Below, in pieces: positions 10,351 through 21,643 of a DNA stretch of 64,000 bases. Numbering within the stretch: the first letter of the stretch is position 1; every line of letters starts with the position of its first letter. Origin of the DNA: Prochlorococcus sp. AG-409-D14 (GTDB taxonomy: Bacteria > Cyanobacteriota > Cyanobacteriia > PCC-6307 > Cyanobiaceae); assembly GCA_003215895.1 (NCBI GenBank), contig QCJR01000004.1:9456-73455 (forward strand), written 5' to 3'. The notes under the pieces are model-generated. The model worked only from the letters and a program-made list of their open reading frames with translations, was not told the origin of the DNA and searched no databases. A program made the position numbers and the translations under genes.

Positions 10351-10911
10351 TTAATTTTTTAATCCCATTAAGCCTTCAATTTCTTTGAAGGCTTTTTCTA
10401 TATCTTCATTAATAACTACTGCATCAAACTCTTTTTTCGCAATAAGTTCCTTATTTGCTATCGCCAAGCGATCTCTAATAGCTTCTTCGGTCTCAGTCCC
10501 TCTACCTCTAATTCTTTTTTCAAGCTCAGAGAAATTGGGTGGCGCTAAAAATATTTGCAATGCTTTAGGAAAAGACTTTCGAATTTGACGAGCCCCCTCT
10601 AACTCAATTTCAAGAAGAACATTAGTTCCTTTCTCTATTTTTTCTTGAACTATTTTTTTTGGAGTTCCATAAAAATTATTAGAGAAAGAAGCCCACTCCA
10701 GAAAACCTTCTTTATCAATTATTTCTTGAAAATTTTTCTTTTCTAGGAAGAAATAATGTTTCCCCTCAATTTCTCCAGATCTTGGCTGACGAGTAGTAGC
10801 CGAAATAGAAAGCCATACATCAGTATGACTTTCGAGGATTTTCCTAACAATTGTTCCCTTACCGACCCCGCTTGGGCCAGTAATAACAGTAAGATTTCCT
10901 AAAGATGACAT
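10351..10911 (-). CDS. gmk: Guanylate kinase
   Basis: GPSGVGKGT, SATTR.PR.GE..G.HY.F, FLEWA. Confidence 0.96.
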   Translation of the reverse strand: MSSLGNLTVITGPSGVGKGTIVRKILESHTDVWLSISATTRQPRSGEIEGKHYFFLEKKNFQEIIDKEGFLEWASFSNNFYGTPKKIVQEKIEKGTNVLLEIELEGARQIRKSFPKALQIFLAPPNFSELEKRIRGRGTETEEAIRDRLAIANKELIAKKEFDAVVINEDIEKAFKEIEGLMGLKN

Positions 10912-10979
10912 AACTAAATCCTATCTAATTTACCTAGCAAAGGTTAATTACGTTATTGATAAAATTAAAAGGATATTAG

Positions 10980-12683
10980 ATGAACAAAGTTCCAATTCAA
11001 ATAATGGACTTAACAACCCTTAAAGCGGTTGTATATGAACTAAGGCAAGAGATACTTCCAAGTAGATTTGAGAATGCGCAGCAAGTTGATTCTCATACTC
11101 TTCAATTAGGATTTAGAACACTAGAAAAACATACATGGATAGAAATTAGCTGGTTTGCTGAATCCCCAAGAATTGTTCAAATACCCCCACCAAAAAGATA
11201 TGGTGAGAAAAGCACATTAGCGAAACAGCTAAAACATTTATTAGTCAATTTAGCTTTGCTAGAGATAGAGCAAACTGGGTTTGAAAGAATAGTAAGGTTT
11301 AAATTCTCTAGCAGACCTGGTAAAGAAATTGAGAAAGAAGTAGTAGTCGAGTTAATGGGAAGACATAGTAATATTTTAGTTTTAGACAGATCAAGAAAAG
11401 TAATTACTCTTGGAAAACAAATAAAACAAAACCACTCAAGATTAAGACCAATTGGAACTGGAGATCTTTACAAATCTCCTCCACCTCTCAAAGGATTAAC
11501 TCCTAAACTCTCTGAATCATTTCATTCATGGAAAGAGAATATATGTTTGGTTCCGTCAACATTCAAAAATAGCCTTAAAGATACATATCAAGGAATAAGT
11601 CCAGCTCTAACATTACAAATTGCGAGCAATGATTATAATGAAGCGATTAATTTAATAAATCAATCTGTAACAAGTATTGAATTAAAAATATGGGAAGCAA
11701 TATATAAAAGATGGCAGCAATGGCTATTAGATATTGAGAATAATAATTACACTATAAATTTCAAAGGTTCAACTGATTTTATAGTCTGGGGGAAAATAAA
11801 ATCAAACTTTAAAAATACACAAATTAGTCTTACCCTTGGCAAATACTATTCAAATAAGATTATAGATAGGAAGATAAATTCTATTAGCTATAAATTAAAG
11901 CATGATCTCGAAAAGTCAAAAGATGATCAAGTGAGGAAACTAGAAGCTCAGCGATTACTAATTAAAAATATTTCTGAATATATAACAATGCAAACAAAGG
12001 CTAATAATATTCTTACCTTATTATCACCTACAAAAAAGCAAATAATTGAGGCTCAAAATCTCTTCAAAAAAGCTAAAAGAAAAAGAAGATCTAGAGAATC
12101 AATATTAAATAGAGTCGAATTTCACAAGAAGAAAATATCGGAGATTGAATATTTTGAGTTATTTCTTGATTCATTAATGTATGAGGATAATGTGCCTAGC
12201 AAAGATAAACTAGACTCAATTATTGAACTTGAGGAAGAGGTAGAAGAATATATTTGCATTAAAAAAAGTTCATCTAAGTTTAAATCAAATAGAAAAAATG
12301 AACAGGCTTCGACTATAAAAGAGGTCCAAAGTCCTAGCGGTCTCAAGATTCAAATAGGTTCTAACAATAGGCAAAACGAACTAATTAGTCTAAGGAAAGG
12401 TAAAAAAGGAGATCTTTGGTTTCATGCTCAAGAAACACCTGGAAGCCATGTTGTACTTAAATCATCAAATGGACTTATTGATGACAAAGATATTCAATTA
12501 GCTGCTGATCTTGCTTCTTTCTTTAGCCGTGCAAGAGCCAACAAGCTTGTACCAGTGATTATGGTCCCAATTGAGAATCTGAAAAGAATATCAGGATCCT
12601 TACCTGGAACTGTTAGTCATAAGGGTGGGAAGGTCCTTTGGGGAAAAGCTGAGAGAGCTAAGAAATATTTCCACCAGAAGTGA
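10980..12683 (+). CDS. NFACT-family protein (RqcH / FbpA-like ribosome quality-control factor)
   Basis: ELMGRHSN..L NFACT-N motif; C-terminal G.NNRQN, WFHA...PGSHV NFACT-R motifs; coiled-coil middle. Confidence 0.88.
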   Translation: MNKVPIQIMDLTTLKAVVYELRQEILPSRFENAQQVDSHTLQLGFRTLEKHTWIEISWFAESPRIVQIPPPKRYGEKSTLAKQLKHLLVNLALLEIEQTGFERIVRFKFSSRPGKEIEKEVVVELMGRHSNILVLDRSRKVITLGKQIKQNHSRLRPIGTGDLYKSPPPLKGLTPKLSESFHSWKENICLVPSTFKNSLKDTYQGISPALTLQIASNDYNEAINLINQSVTSIELKIWEAIYKRWQQWLLDIENNNYTINFKGSTDFIVWGKIKSNFKNTQISLTLGKYYSNKIIDRKINSISYKLKHDLEKSKDDQVRKLEAQRLLIKNISEYITMQTKANNILTLLSPTKKQIIEAQNLFKKAKRKRRSRESILNRVEFHKKKISEIEYFELFLDSLMYEDNVPSKDKLDSIIELEEEVEEYICIKKSSSKFKSNRKNEQASTIKEVQSPSGLKIQIGSNNRQNELISLRKGKKGDLWFHAQETPGSHVVLKSSNGLIDDKDIQLAADLASFFSRARANKLVPVIMVPIENLKRISGSLPGTVSHKGGKVLWGKAERAKKYFHQK

Positions 12684-12724
12684 ACATCAATGACTTAGTA
12701 TCAGCTTCATTAGACCAGTTTAAA

Positions 12725-12976
12725 ATGATTGACTTTTTGCTAGGCACTCATGAGTTTCTTGGAAATCATACTTTTCCAGAGTTTTTAATTGGATATTTGT
12801 TTGGTGCGGCTTTAATAATTGGTGCTCCCACAGTCTTTCTTCTTTTAGCATTTACAAGCGCTTTAATGAAAACCAACGGAAAAATGGGTGGTTACAAAGA
12901 ATACGCCAATTATGGAGAATCATCACTTAATGATTGCCCTCCTTTCATTTTGCCTGACCCAACAAAAAATAATTAA
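12725..12976 (+). CDS. Small hypothetical membrane protein
   Basis: ORF open from 12680 (GTG); ATG at 12725 more likely; one long hydrophobic segment. Confidence 0.6.
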   Translation: MIDFLLGTHEFLGNHTFPEFLIGYLFGAALIIGAPTVFLLLAFTSALMKTNGKMGGYKEYANYGESSLNDCPPFILPDPTKNN

Positions 12977-13206
12977 AAATCTACTTATCAAGGTTGAGTA
13001 AAATAAATAATTTATATATAACTCTGGCTAAACCGTCTAAAGAAAATAAAACCAAACTTAATCAAATTCAATTATCTACTAAAATAAAATCATTAATTTA
13101 AATTAAACTGGCCAGCCCAAACCCAAAAGAAAATAATTTTAAAGCTCCACCTCCAATAAGGATCAGTGAAAGAGCTGGCTCAGTTGAGGCATCACAATCC
13201 TTTGAG

Positions 13207-13926
13207 ATGCCTTTATTAGATCATTTTGAGGAGCTTCGACAGAGAATTCTAAAGAGTCTTATTGCAATTATTATCTCATCTGGTTTCTGCTTGCTTTTTG
13301 TTAGGAAGCTTGTTCAAGCATTGGAGATGCCAGCGGGGAAAATTCAATTTTTACAAGTAGCACCTGGCGAATTTTTATTTACTTCAATCAAAGTTGCAGG
13401 TTATGGGGGGCTAACTATTTCACTACCATTCATTCTTTACCAGTTTTTAAAGTTCATCCTTCCAGGTCTTACAAAAAAAGAGAAGCTCTTGATAGCTCCC
13501 TCAGTTGCAGGTTCAGCAATTTTATTTTTCTTAGGAATTTTCTTTGCATGGAAGGCTTTGATTCCAGCCGCATTGGGTTTTCTTATAAGTTATGGTGCCG
13601 ATGTTGTTGAACCACTTTGGTCTATTGAAAAGTATTTAGATTTCGTCCTTTTACTTATGCTTTCAACAGGCTTAGCTTTTCAATTACCAATACTTCAATT
13701 AATTTTAGGATTTTTTGAACTTATTTCATGGCAGAAGATGCTATCTGCCTGGAGATTTGTCGTAATGGGCTCAGCAATTGCGGGAGCTGTTTTAACTCCA
13801 TCTACTGACCCTATAACTATGCTTCTTCTATCAACATCTATAACTTTTTTATTTCTTGTTGGTGTTGGATTAGTTGCCTTAACAACAAATTTTAAAGAAC
13901 AAATTCTGACATCCTTTGATCTATAG
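13207..13926 (+). CDS. tatC: Twin-arginine translocase subunit TatC
   Basis: MPLLDH.EELR.R, PGL...EK, FQLP, TPSTDP; frame stays open upstream to 13102. Confidence 0.95.
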   Translation: MPLLDHFEELRQRILKSLIAIIISSGFCLLFVRKLVQALEMPAGKIQFLQVAPGEFLFTSIKVAGYGGLTISLPFILYQFLKFILPGLTKKEKLLIAPSVAGSAILFFLGIFFAWKALIPAALGFLISYGADVVEPLWSIEKYLDFVLLLMLSTGLAFQLPILQLILGFFELISWQKMLSAWRFVVMGSAIAGAVLTPSTDPITMLLLSTSITFLFLVGVGLVALTTNFKEQILTSFDL

Positions 13927-14275
13927 GTAAAGGTAAATTGATTGCTCTGCCAAGTCTTGGCTTTGCTTGTATATTTTCCAACCAGTTCCTTACAAAATCC
14001 GATTGGCCTGCACGGTTAATAATTTCTAACGTTCGATTCAAATTTTCCATATATGTTTCCTCATCCAATGGGAAAGATTGTTGTTCTAAAAAAGCCCACA
14101 TCATTTGTAAATATATTCTGTCTTTTTTGATTAACAATTTCAAATCATATGTCACACCCCATCGTCTTCTTAAGCATCCCACTACCTCGTCTGCTTCCAA
14201 TGGAATTGAAGAAGAAGATCTACCAGAATTTAACTCATTAGATTGAAAACTCATGTCAAAAGCCAGTCTTGGCAT
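13892..14275 (-). CDS. DUF3067-family protein
   Basis: RWGVTYD...YLQMMW.FLEQQSFPL; lies divergent from petC as usual in cyanobacteria. Confidence 0.8.
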   Translation of the reverse strand: MPRLAFDMSFQSNELNSGRSSSSIPLEADEVVGCLRRRWGVTYDLKLLIKKDRIYLQMMWAFLEQQSFPLDEETYMENLNRTLEIINRAGQSDFVRNWLENIQAKPRLGRAINLPLPIDQRMSEFVL

Positions 14276-14336
14276 AGATTAATAACCTTTTGGTGACCAT
14301 TCTGGTCTAATATCTAAATTCAGGTGAACATCTGTA

Positions 14337-14873
14337 ATGACACAAATGAATGCTGCAGATGTGCCCTCAATGGGCAGAAGGCAGTTCATGAACTTGCTAA
14401 CCTTTGGAACCGTTACTGGGGTTGCCTTAGGAGCATTATATCCAGTAGCTCAATACTTCACTCCCTATAGAGCTGGAGGAGGTGGTGGTGGAACGAATGC
14501 TAAAGATGAGCTTGGCAATCCAGTAAAGGCAAGTGCTTGGCTATCTACTCATCCAGTTGGCGACAGAAGTTTAGTGCAAGGGCTTAAAGGGGACCCTACC
14601 TATTTAATAGTTGAAGGTGAAGATGCAATCACTAGTTATGGAATTAACGCAATTTGTACTCACCTTGGTTGTGTAGTTCCATGGAATAGTGGAGCTAACA
14701 AGTACATGTGTCCATGCCATGGAAGTCAATACGACTCAACAGGGAAAGTAGTCCGTGGCCCTGCTCCCCTATCATTAGCAATTGCTCATGTGTCAGTAGA
14801 AGAAGACCAGGTTCTAGTAAGTCAATGGACAGAAACTGATTTCAGAACTGGCAACGCTCCTTGGTGGGGATGA
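14337..14873 (+). CDS. petC: Cytochrome b6f Rieske iron-sulfur subunit
   Basis: CTHLGCV and CPCHGS Rieske boxes; RR Tat signal. Confidence 0.98.
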   Translation: MTQMNAADVPSMGRRQFMNLLTFGTVTGVALGALYPVAQYFTPYRAGGGGGGTNAKDELGNPVKASAWLSTHPVGDRSLVQGLKGDPTYLIVEGEDAITSYGINAICTHLGCVVPWNSGANKYMCPCHGSQYDSTGKVVRGPAPLSLAIAHVSVEEDQVLVSQWTETDFRTGNAPWWG

Positions 14874-14880
14874 TTAATAA

Positions 14881-15849
14881 ATGAACAAAAAAAACTCCTA
14901 CGATCAAAAACAAATCATGAGTCGATCATTAAAACTTTTCCTTTGTTCGTTTATTCTAGGATTTTCTATTTTTCTAATTCCTCAACCAACCTGGGCATAC
15001 CCATTTTGGGCTCAGCAAAAATTCGATAATCCTAGAGAGGCGACAGGAAAAATTGTTTGTGCTAATTGCCACGTTGCAAGCATGCCAACAAGAGCTGAAG
15101 TCCCTCAGTCAGTTGCAGCTGACAGTGTTTTCAAGACTGTCGTAGAAATACCTTATAAAAAGGATCTTCAAGAAATTGGTGCAGATGGAAGCAAAGTCCC
15201 TCTTCAAGTTGGAGCAGTTGTAATGCTTCCAGATGGGTTTAAGCTTGCTCCTCAAGAAAGATGGACTGATGAAATAAAAGAGGAGACACAAGGCGTGTAC
15301 TTCACTCAGTACAGCGAGGAACAAGAAAATATTATTTTAGTAGGCCCTTTACCAGGTGATCAAAATAAAGAGATTGTGTTTCCTGTTCTCTCCCCTGATC
15401 CAACCAAAGACAAAAATATTAACTTTGGAAAATATTCAATTCATATAGGAGGTAATAGAGGCAGAGGTCAGGTTTATCCAACTGGTGAAAAAAGCAATAA
15501 TAATTTGTTTACAGCAACTAATTCTGGAACAATAACCTCAATCGAAACAAATGAAGATGGAACAAAAATTATTAATCTAAAAAATGAAGGAGGAGAAAGT
15601 TTTATTGAAAACATTCCTGCTGGAACTACTTTATTAGTTAAAGAAGGTGACACTATCGATTCAGGTAAAAAATTAACTGAAGATCCTAATGTTGGAGGAT
15701 TTGGCCAACTTGACAAAGAGATTGTTTTACAAAGCAAGGCAAGAGTTATTGGAATGATAATTTTCTTTATTGGGGTTGGTTTATCACAAATAATGCTAGT
15801 TCTTAAGAAGAAACAAGTTGAAAAGGTTCAAGCTGCTGAAGGAATATAA
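14881..15849 (+). CDS. petA: Apocytochrome f
   Basis: [41 protein letters not shown]; alternative start ATG at 14917. Confidence 0.98.
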   Translation: MNKKNSYDQKQIMSRSLKLFLCSFILGFSIFLIPQPTWAYPFWAQQKFDNPREATGKIVCANCHVASMPTRAEVPQSVAADSVFKTVVEIPYKKDLQEIGADGSKVPLQVGAVVMLPDGFKLAPQERWTDEIKEETQGVYFTQYSEEQENIILVGPLPGDQNKEIVFPVLSPDPTKDKNINFGKYSIHIGGNRGRGQVYPTGEKSNNNLFTATNSGTITSIETNEDGTKIINLKNEGGESFIENIPAGTTLLVKEGDTIDSGKKLTEDPNVGGFGQLDKEIVLQSKARVIGMIIFFIGVGLSQIMLVLKKKQVEKVQAAEGI

Positions 15850-15858
15850 AATCAATAG

Positions 15859-16773
15859 TTGATGGAAAATATTTTTATAGCTCTTAAATCTCCTGGGCCT
15901 GAGTTGTTTCAACTGGGGCCTTTTTCATTAAGGTGGTATGGATTACTAATAGCTATTTCAGTTTTATTAGGTTTAAATTTATCAGGTGAATTAGCCTCAA
16001 AAAAAGGATTAAAAAAAAGCCTTATTAACGATTTACTTCCTATTTTAGTTTTGGCATCTGTGATTGGTGCAAGAATTTACTATGTTGCATTTGAATGGAG
16101 AAACTACACTGGCAAAAACTTCTGGAGTTCTATTAATCTTCTGAACTTAAAAATATCTATTCCCAGTGCAATAGCAATTTGGGGAGGAGGAATTGCAATT
16201 CATGGGGCCCTGATTATGGGTACATTATCCATTTTATTTTTTTGCCGATGGAGAAAACAACCTTTTTGGGATGTTATAGATGTTTTGGTCCCCTCAGTTG
16301 CATTAGGCCAAGCGATAGGTAGATGGGGAAATTTTTTTAATAATGAAGCTTTTGGGATACCAACAAATTTACCCTGGAAATTATTTATACCTTATAGATT
16401 TAGGCCAGAAATGTTCTCTACACAAGATTATTTCCACCCTACCTTTCTTTATGAATCAGTATGGAATATTTTTGTTTTTGGCATACTGATTTTTCTTTTT
16501 AGAAAGGCAAATAAAGGAGAACTTTCGCTACCATCTGGCAGCTTAAGTTGCTTATATTTAATTACTTATAGTTTAGGCAGATTTTGGATAGAAGCCTTAA
16601 GAACTGATCCCCTCTGCTTGGGTGGGGTTCCACCTTTTTGTGAAGGAGGACTACGCATAGCACAATTGATTAGCTTATTTCTAATTCTTGCAGGTTTTTT
16701 AGGACTGTGGAGAATTTATATTTCTAAAAAATCACTCCCAGATCCATCCTTAATTAATGGGAGAAATCAATGA
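15859..16773 (+). CDS. lgt: Prolipoprotein diacylglyceryl transferase
   Basis: [35 protein letters not shown]. Confidence 0.96.
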   Translation: MMENIFIALKSPGPELFQLGPFSLRWYGLLIAISVLLGLNLSGELASKKGLKKSLINDLLPILVLASVIGARIYYVAFEWRNYTGKNFWSSINLLNLKISIPSAIAIWGGGIAIHGALIMGTLSILFFCRWRKQPFWDVIDVLVPSVALGQAIGRWGNFFNNEAFGIPTNLPWKLFIPYRFRPEMFSTQDYFHPTFLYESVWNIFVFGILIFLFRKANKGELSLPSGSLSCLYLITYSLGRFWIEALRTDPLCLGGVPPFCEGGLRIAQLISLFLILAGFLGLWRIYISKKSLPDPSLINGRNQ

Positions 16774-17522
16774 ACCCAATTTCAATTGTAGGGGCGGGGC
16801 CAGGTGCTTTAGACTTAATAACAATAAGAGCTCAACAAAGACTTAAATCAGCTGATGTTCTTGTTTGGACAGACTCTCTGATTCCAATACAGATAACAAA
16901 ACTTGTTAAAGATGATTGTGAAAAAATAAAGACAAGTTCATTAACTCTAGAAGAGATCCTTTTTATCTTAATTAAAAGGCATAAGGAAGGGAAAAAAATA
17001 GTTCGTCTCCATGATGGTGATCCTTGCTTATATGGAGCCATCTCAGAGCAAATATGTAGATTAAATGATGAAGGAATCGAGGTAGAAGTAGTTCCTGGAA
17101 TAAGTGCCTATCAAGCGACAGCAGCAACTTTAGGATTCGAACTAACAATTCCAGATTTAACTCAAACAATAATACTTAGCAGAGCTGATGGCAGGACAGG
17201 AAAACCAGAGAAGGAAAGTCTTCAAAAGCTAGCATCTATTCAATCTTCTTTATGTCTCTACTTAAGTGCAAGACATGTTGAAGAAGTGCAATCCATACTT
17301 ATAAATTATTATCCTGTGAATACTCCTGTAGCAATTGCTTATAGAGTAACCTGGCCAGACGAATGGATAAAAATTATACCTTTGAGTGAGATGGCAAAAA
17401 CATCTCACGAACGAAATTTAATTAGAACAACATTATATATAATTAGTCCAACATTAAAGATCGGGAATAAAAGATCAAAGCTTTATAATCCTACTCACTC
17501 ACATTTATTTAGGTCGAGTTAA
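16770..17522 (+). CDS. cobM: Precorrin-4 C11-methyltransferase
   Basis: VGAGPG..DLIT, RLHDGDP..YGA..EQ, EVVPGIS, RSKLY.P. Confidence 0.92.
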   Translation: MNPISIVGAGPGALDLITIRAQQRLKSADVLVWTDSLIPIQITKLVKDDCEKIKTSSLTLEEILFILIKRHKEGKKIVRLHDGDPCLYGAISEQICRLNDEGIEVEVVPGISAYQATAATLGFELTIPDLTQTIILSRADGRTGKPEKESLQKLASIQSSLCLYLSARHVEEVQSILINYYPVNTPVAIAYRVTWPDEWIKIIPLSEMAKTSHERNLIRTTLYIISPTLKIGNKRSKLYNPTHSHLFRSS

Positions 17523-17640
17523 AGAGAGAAAAATAAGGACTATATTTAAACAAGCATTAAAAGCGGAGATAAATTATCTTTTAGAGACATTCGACTTTAC
17601 AGAGCCTTTAGAATGAAATTAATAACCAAAAGGTTTTTAA

Positions 17641-18141
17641 TTGGAAAAAAATGAAGAAAGAAAAAGCGATAGTACTCATATCGCAAATAAAAAATCTGCA
17701 TTACGAACTGTTGGCGAGTTTCTACGAGAAGCCCGACAAGGTAGAAATCTCTCAGTAGAGGATCTATCCTCAACACTAAGAATTGGGAAAGAGCAATTGA
17801 TTGCAATTGAATCAGGAGATGAAAGCGTGCTTCCTGAAAAAGTGTTTATTAGAGCAATGGTTCGAAGAATAGCCGAGAAATTAAACTTAGATACAAGTTT
17901 TATTCTTGAAGAACTAAATGAAAAGAAAAATCATGAGCCTAAACCTAGCCCTGTGATAAAAAAGGAAAGTACTAGAAAAAATAATAGAAATTTCAATCCA
18001 TTGAGCATGGTAATTTTATCGGGTGCTTTAGGATTATTTACTTCAATTATGCTATTAAAATACATTCAAGGAGTGCAAAATGATTCGTTTAATCCGAAGC
18101 GAATTGATATCTTTTTATTAGGCAAAAAGATATCTTCTTAA
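17641..18141 (+). CDS. RodZ-like HTH_25 protein with C-terminal TM helix
   Basis: GEFLREARQ.R.LS.E.L...LRI....L.AIE.GD...LPE.VF; hydrophobic segment near the C-terminus. Confidence 0.75.
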   Translation: MEKNEERKSDSTHIANKKSALRTVGEFLREARQGRNLSVEDLSSTLRIGKEQLIAIESGDESVLPEKVFIRAMVRRIAEKLNLDTSFILEELNEKKNHEPKPSPVIKKESTRKNNRNFNPLSMVILSGALGLFTSIMLLKYIQGVQNDSFNPKRIDIFLLGKKISS

Positions 18142-19772
18142 AGTATATTTATATCAACATCCTTAATTTTCTTAATTGATAAAATTGACTTAGTTAAGCT
18201 CCATTTCTCAAGTTCTAAATTTTGTCCTAGATCGTTAGGAATTAGCTCTATATTAACTTCTTTATTATTAGCTTCAACAATTATCTTTGATATCAGAGGT
18301 TCTGGTCTTCTATCCAAAGCGCATGAAAGGCGAAGAAGTAAAGACATATCAGAAACCAAATTTTTTTGACTTTCATCAAGCAATAATTGCCAAGATTCAT
18401 GTCTTTTCTTTGGAAAACTTTTTCTGTGATACCTTGCAATTGCAGCGACCATTAAATGCTCACTTTGGGAATAGCCTAAGAGCTCTCCATTTTTAATTAA
18501 ATACCACGAATGCTTGTGATAAGAACTTATATTGATATGCTTCCCACATGCATGAAGTTTAGCTGCTGCCCACAAAAGATCTCTACCGTCACCATTATCA
18601 TCATGCAACAAACCCCTAGTCTGATCATAAAAAGCAAGAGCATATTCTGATACCTTTTTTGATCGTTTTGAATTAACGCCAAATCTTTTCGATTGATGAA
18701 TAACTGTTCTTTCCCTTATTGATCCTTGAAAGCTTAACTGATCTTTTAAATAATTATTTCGACACATCCAATCAACAACTAATCCCTCACGAAGAGCTCT
18801 CTCACTTAAAATAATTTCATTAACATTAACCATCGACATTATGGTTTGTAAAATCAAAGCCCCAGGGACAATAATTTCAGATCTCCGCTCACTTAATGAG
18901 GATAATTGACTCCGCTCAGAAGGTGTCATTTTTATCAACTGACTAACAATTGTATCCAAATTATTTTTTGAAATTTTATATCCTTGTAATTTTGATTGAA
19001 TATGATTTTCTTTGTTAGATATTAATGCACCAATAGCCATAGCAGTCCCACTAGTAGCTACCAAAACTGGCGTTTCATCTTTTTCAATCCTCCTAGACAC
19101 TTTATCAACGGCAGACTCCATAGAGCCTTTAATAAATGACCTTAAAAACAATTCAGTCTGAAAAGATATTGGATCTTTTTTTATAAATTCTCTTTGTAAT
19201 CTTACTGCTCCAATCTTTGTACTTGTTAATGCTCGTGCCTCAGAACTATCAGCAAGGATTAATTCTGTCGAACCACCTCCAATATCTAAAACTAAATGGG
19301 GATTATTTCCGAATTGCATCCCTGAAAGTACACCTAGATAAATCAATCTTGCTTCTTCTGCTCCGCTTATCAATTCAACATCTAAGCCTAACTTCTTTTT
19401 TATTTCAGAAATAAAATTTTTTCCATTTTGTGCTTCTCTAACTGCACTTGTAGCAGCAATAATAAGACTCTGAACTTTATAACTTTCTGATAAATCCTTA
19501 AACCTCTTTAGTGTTGAAAAAGCCCTATTCATGGCAAGGGACGTAAGTTCCCCCGTCTGAGGATCTCTTTCTCCTAGTCGTGTTGTTGATTTCTCTGCAA
19601 GTTCAATACTAAAAGTATTTAATTTTCGCTCAAGTTTTGCAATTAACAAATGAGTTGAGTTGGTGCCAATATCAATTGTTGCAACACGGCATAACCCATC
19701 ATCTTGCTTTTCATCAAGATCAAGTTCAATAGAATGCCTTTCAGAGGAATTATTTATTGAGTCACCTAACAT
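18138..19772 (-). CDS. ppx: Exopolyphosphatase (Ppx/GppA family)
   Basis: IDIGTNS, ATSAVREA, EEARLIYLG, DIGGGSTE, ALREG; HD-like C-terminal domain. Confidence 0.93.
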   Translation of the reverse strand: MLGDSINNSSERHSIELDLDEKQDDGLCRVATIDIGTNSTHLLIAKLERKLNTFSIELAEKSTTRLGERDPQTGELTSLAMNRAFSTLKRFKDLSESYKVQSLIIAATSAVREAQNGKNFISEIKKKLGLDVELISGAEEARLIYLGVLSGMQFGNNPHLVLDIGGGSTELILADSSEARALTSTKIGAVRLQREFIKKDPISFQTELFLRSFIKGSMESAVDKVSRRIEKDETPVLVATSGTAMAIGALISNKENHIQSKLQGYKISKNNLDTIVSQLIKMTPSERSQLSSLSERRSEIIVPGALILQTIMSMVNVNEIILSERALREGLVVDWMCRNNYLKDQLSFQGSIRERTVIHQSKRFGVNSKRSKKVSEYALAFYDQTRGLLHDDNGDGRDLLWAAAKLHACGKHINISSYHKHSWYLIKNGELLGYSQSEHLMVAAIARYHRKSFPKKRHESWQLLLDESQKNLVSDMSLLLRLSCALDRRPEPLISKIIVEANNKEVNIELIPNDLGQNLELEKWSLTKSILSIKKIKDVDINIL

Positions 19773-19818
19773 AAATGAATAGGTTTAACCTCAATACTCT
19801 GACATCCTCAGCAGCCCA

Positions 19819-20742
19819 TTGAGAAGGCCTTATAAATCATTATCAATTTTCGTGAATAATCTTTTTACCCAAAAAATGGGATATTATTTTCAACTTCTCA
19901 GATGGAACAAACCCAGTGGAAGATTGATCCTTCTTATCCCTGCTGGCTGGTCTCTTTGGTTAACTCCCAAAGCCCCTCCTTCTTTATTCATCTTGGTAAC
20001 AATAATTTCAGGTGGATTATTTGTAAGCGGTGCGGGATGTATCGCTAATGATATTTGGGACAGAAATTTTGACAAGCAAATAATGAGAACAAAAGAAAGG
20101 CCATTGGCCAATAAGAAAGTATCTCTAAAGGCTGCATGGATAATACTAATTTTAATGTTATTTTTAAGTCTTTTTGTAGCTCTTTCAATCCCTCAAGAAA
20201 GTAGAAATTTATGCCTACTACTTGCATCGCTATCGTTACCTTTTATTCTTCTATATCCCTCAGCAAAAAGATGGTTTAAATATCCCCAAATTATTCTTTC
20301 TATTTGCTGGGGGTTTTCGGTTCTGATTCCTTGGGCAGCAAGTGAATCTTCCTTAACAGGAGGTTTAACATTAATATTTTGTTGGCTTGCAACTATTTTT
20401 TGGACTTTCGGCTTTGATACTGTTTATGCAATGGCAGATGAAATTGAAGACAAAGTAATTGGACTAAATAGTAGTGCACTCAGTCTCGGGAAAAAGTCAA
20501 TAAAAACAGTTTCGTATTGCTACATTTTAACCTGTTTTTCTCTAGCACTTGCTGCTTTAAACGCAAATTTGGGATTAATATATTGGCCTTTTTGGTTGAT
20601 AGCTACTTTAGGGATGCAAAGAGAGGTTTTCTTATTAAGTTCAAGAGCAAAAGGTATTAAAACTTCAGGTTTGCATTTCACCAATCAAGTGAAGCTTGGG
20701 AGTTTATTACTTCTTGGCATGATCTGCAGCAAAATTATTTAA
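19819..20742 (+). CDS. ubiA: 4-hydroxybenzoate polyprenyl (solanesyl) transferase
   Basis: LLRWNKP.G, ND.WDR.FD...RT..RP, FDTVYAMAD; start may be ATG 19876. Confidence 0.9.
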   Translation: MRRPYKSLSIFVNNLFTQKMGYYFQLLRWNKPSGRLILLIPAGWSLWLTPKAPPSLFILVTIISGGLFVSGAGCIANDIWDRNFDKQIMRTKERPLANKKVSLKAAWIILILMLFLSLFVALSIPQESRNLCLLLASLSLPFILLYPSAKRWFKYPQIILSICWGFSVLIPWAASESSLTGGLTLIFCWLATIFWTFGFDTVYAMADEIEDKVIGLNSSALSLGKKSIKTVSYCYILTCFSLALAALNANLGLIYWPFWLIATLGMQREVFLLSSRAKGIKTSGLHFTNQVKLGSLLLLGMICSKII

Positions 20743-20767
20743 TCAATGTCCTTAGAAAGATTCGCAA

Positions 20768-21643
20768 ATGACTGAGCCTATAAGGAAAGGTGATCATTTT
20801 CACATAGTTGCAGCAAGTTCGCCAATAACTAAAAAAGAAGATCTTCACTCTGGGATCAAAGTCCTTCAGGAATGGGGATTAGTATGCAACTATATGAATG
20901 TAATAGATAGATCATGGGGTTATTTAGCAGGTAACGATGAAGTTAGATTTAATGAATTACACCCAAAAAATCATTACCCACTCTTGGCTTTTGCTAGAGG
21001 TGGGTGGGGATCGGCAAGATTGCTAGAAAAAAGACAACCCTGGAAAGAAGGATGGATGATTGGCTTTTCTGATTTAACTTCCATACTTCTTGCACGACTA
21101 GCAGGTGGATTTCAAGGGGGAATTCATGGCCCACTAATTACAACGTTAGGTTCCGAGCCAGACTGGAGTAAAGACAGGCTGAAATCAATTTTGTTTGGCA
21201 ATTCTGTACCAGATATTTATGGGGACCCATGGGGAGGCGGAATCTCAAAGGGGCCTCTAATAGTTGGCAATCTCACTGTCCTAACTCACTTGATTGGGAC
21301 TAAATATCTACCAAATTTTAAAGAATCAATCTTAATCATCGAAGATATTGGAGAGGCTCCTTACAGAATTGACAGAATGCTAACTCACTTAAGATTAGCT
21401 GGAGTCCTACAACAGCTATCTGGGCTAGGTTTTGGCTCGTTTACAAATTGCGCTAATGAGAAGGACGTCGATAAAGAAAAGACGTTTGAGCTTCTTGATA
21501 TTTTCAAAGATCGAACACAAGACCTTAAAATCCCAATTGTTTCTAACCTGCCCGTTGGACACTGTTGTGGTAATGCATCACTTCTATTAGGTAGTCAAGC
21601 TATCTTGAATGGCGAAAAAGGGAGTCTTAGTCTTTTAAAGTAG
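20768..21643 (+). CDS. LD-carboxypeptidase (peptidase S66)
   Basis: ARGGWG, GFSD (catalytic Ser), [18 protein letters not shown]. Confidence 0.9.
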   Translation: MTEPIRKGDHFHIVAASSPITKKEDLHSGIKVLQEWGLVCNYMNVIDRSWGYLAGNDEVRFNELHPKNHYPLLAFARGGWGSARLLEKRQPWKEGWMIGFSDLTSILLARLAGGFQGGIHGPLITTLGSEPDWSKDRLKSILFGNSVPDIYGDPWGGGISKGPLIVGNLTVLTHLIGTKYLPNFKESILIIEDIGEAPYRIDRMLTHLRLAGVLQQLSGLGFGSFTNCANEKDVDKEKTFELLDIFKDRTQDLKIPIVSNLPVGHCCGNASLLLGSQAILNGEKGSLSLLK

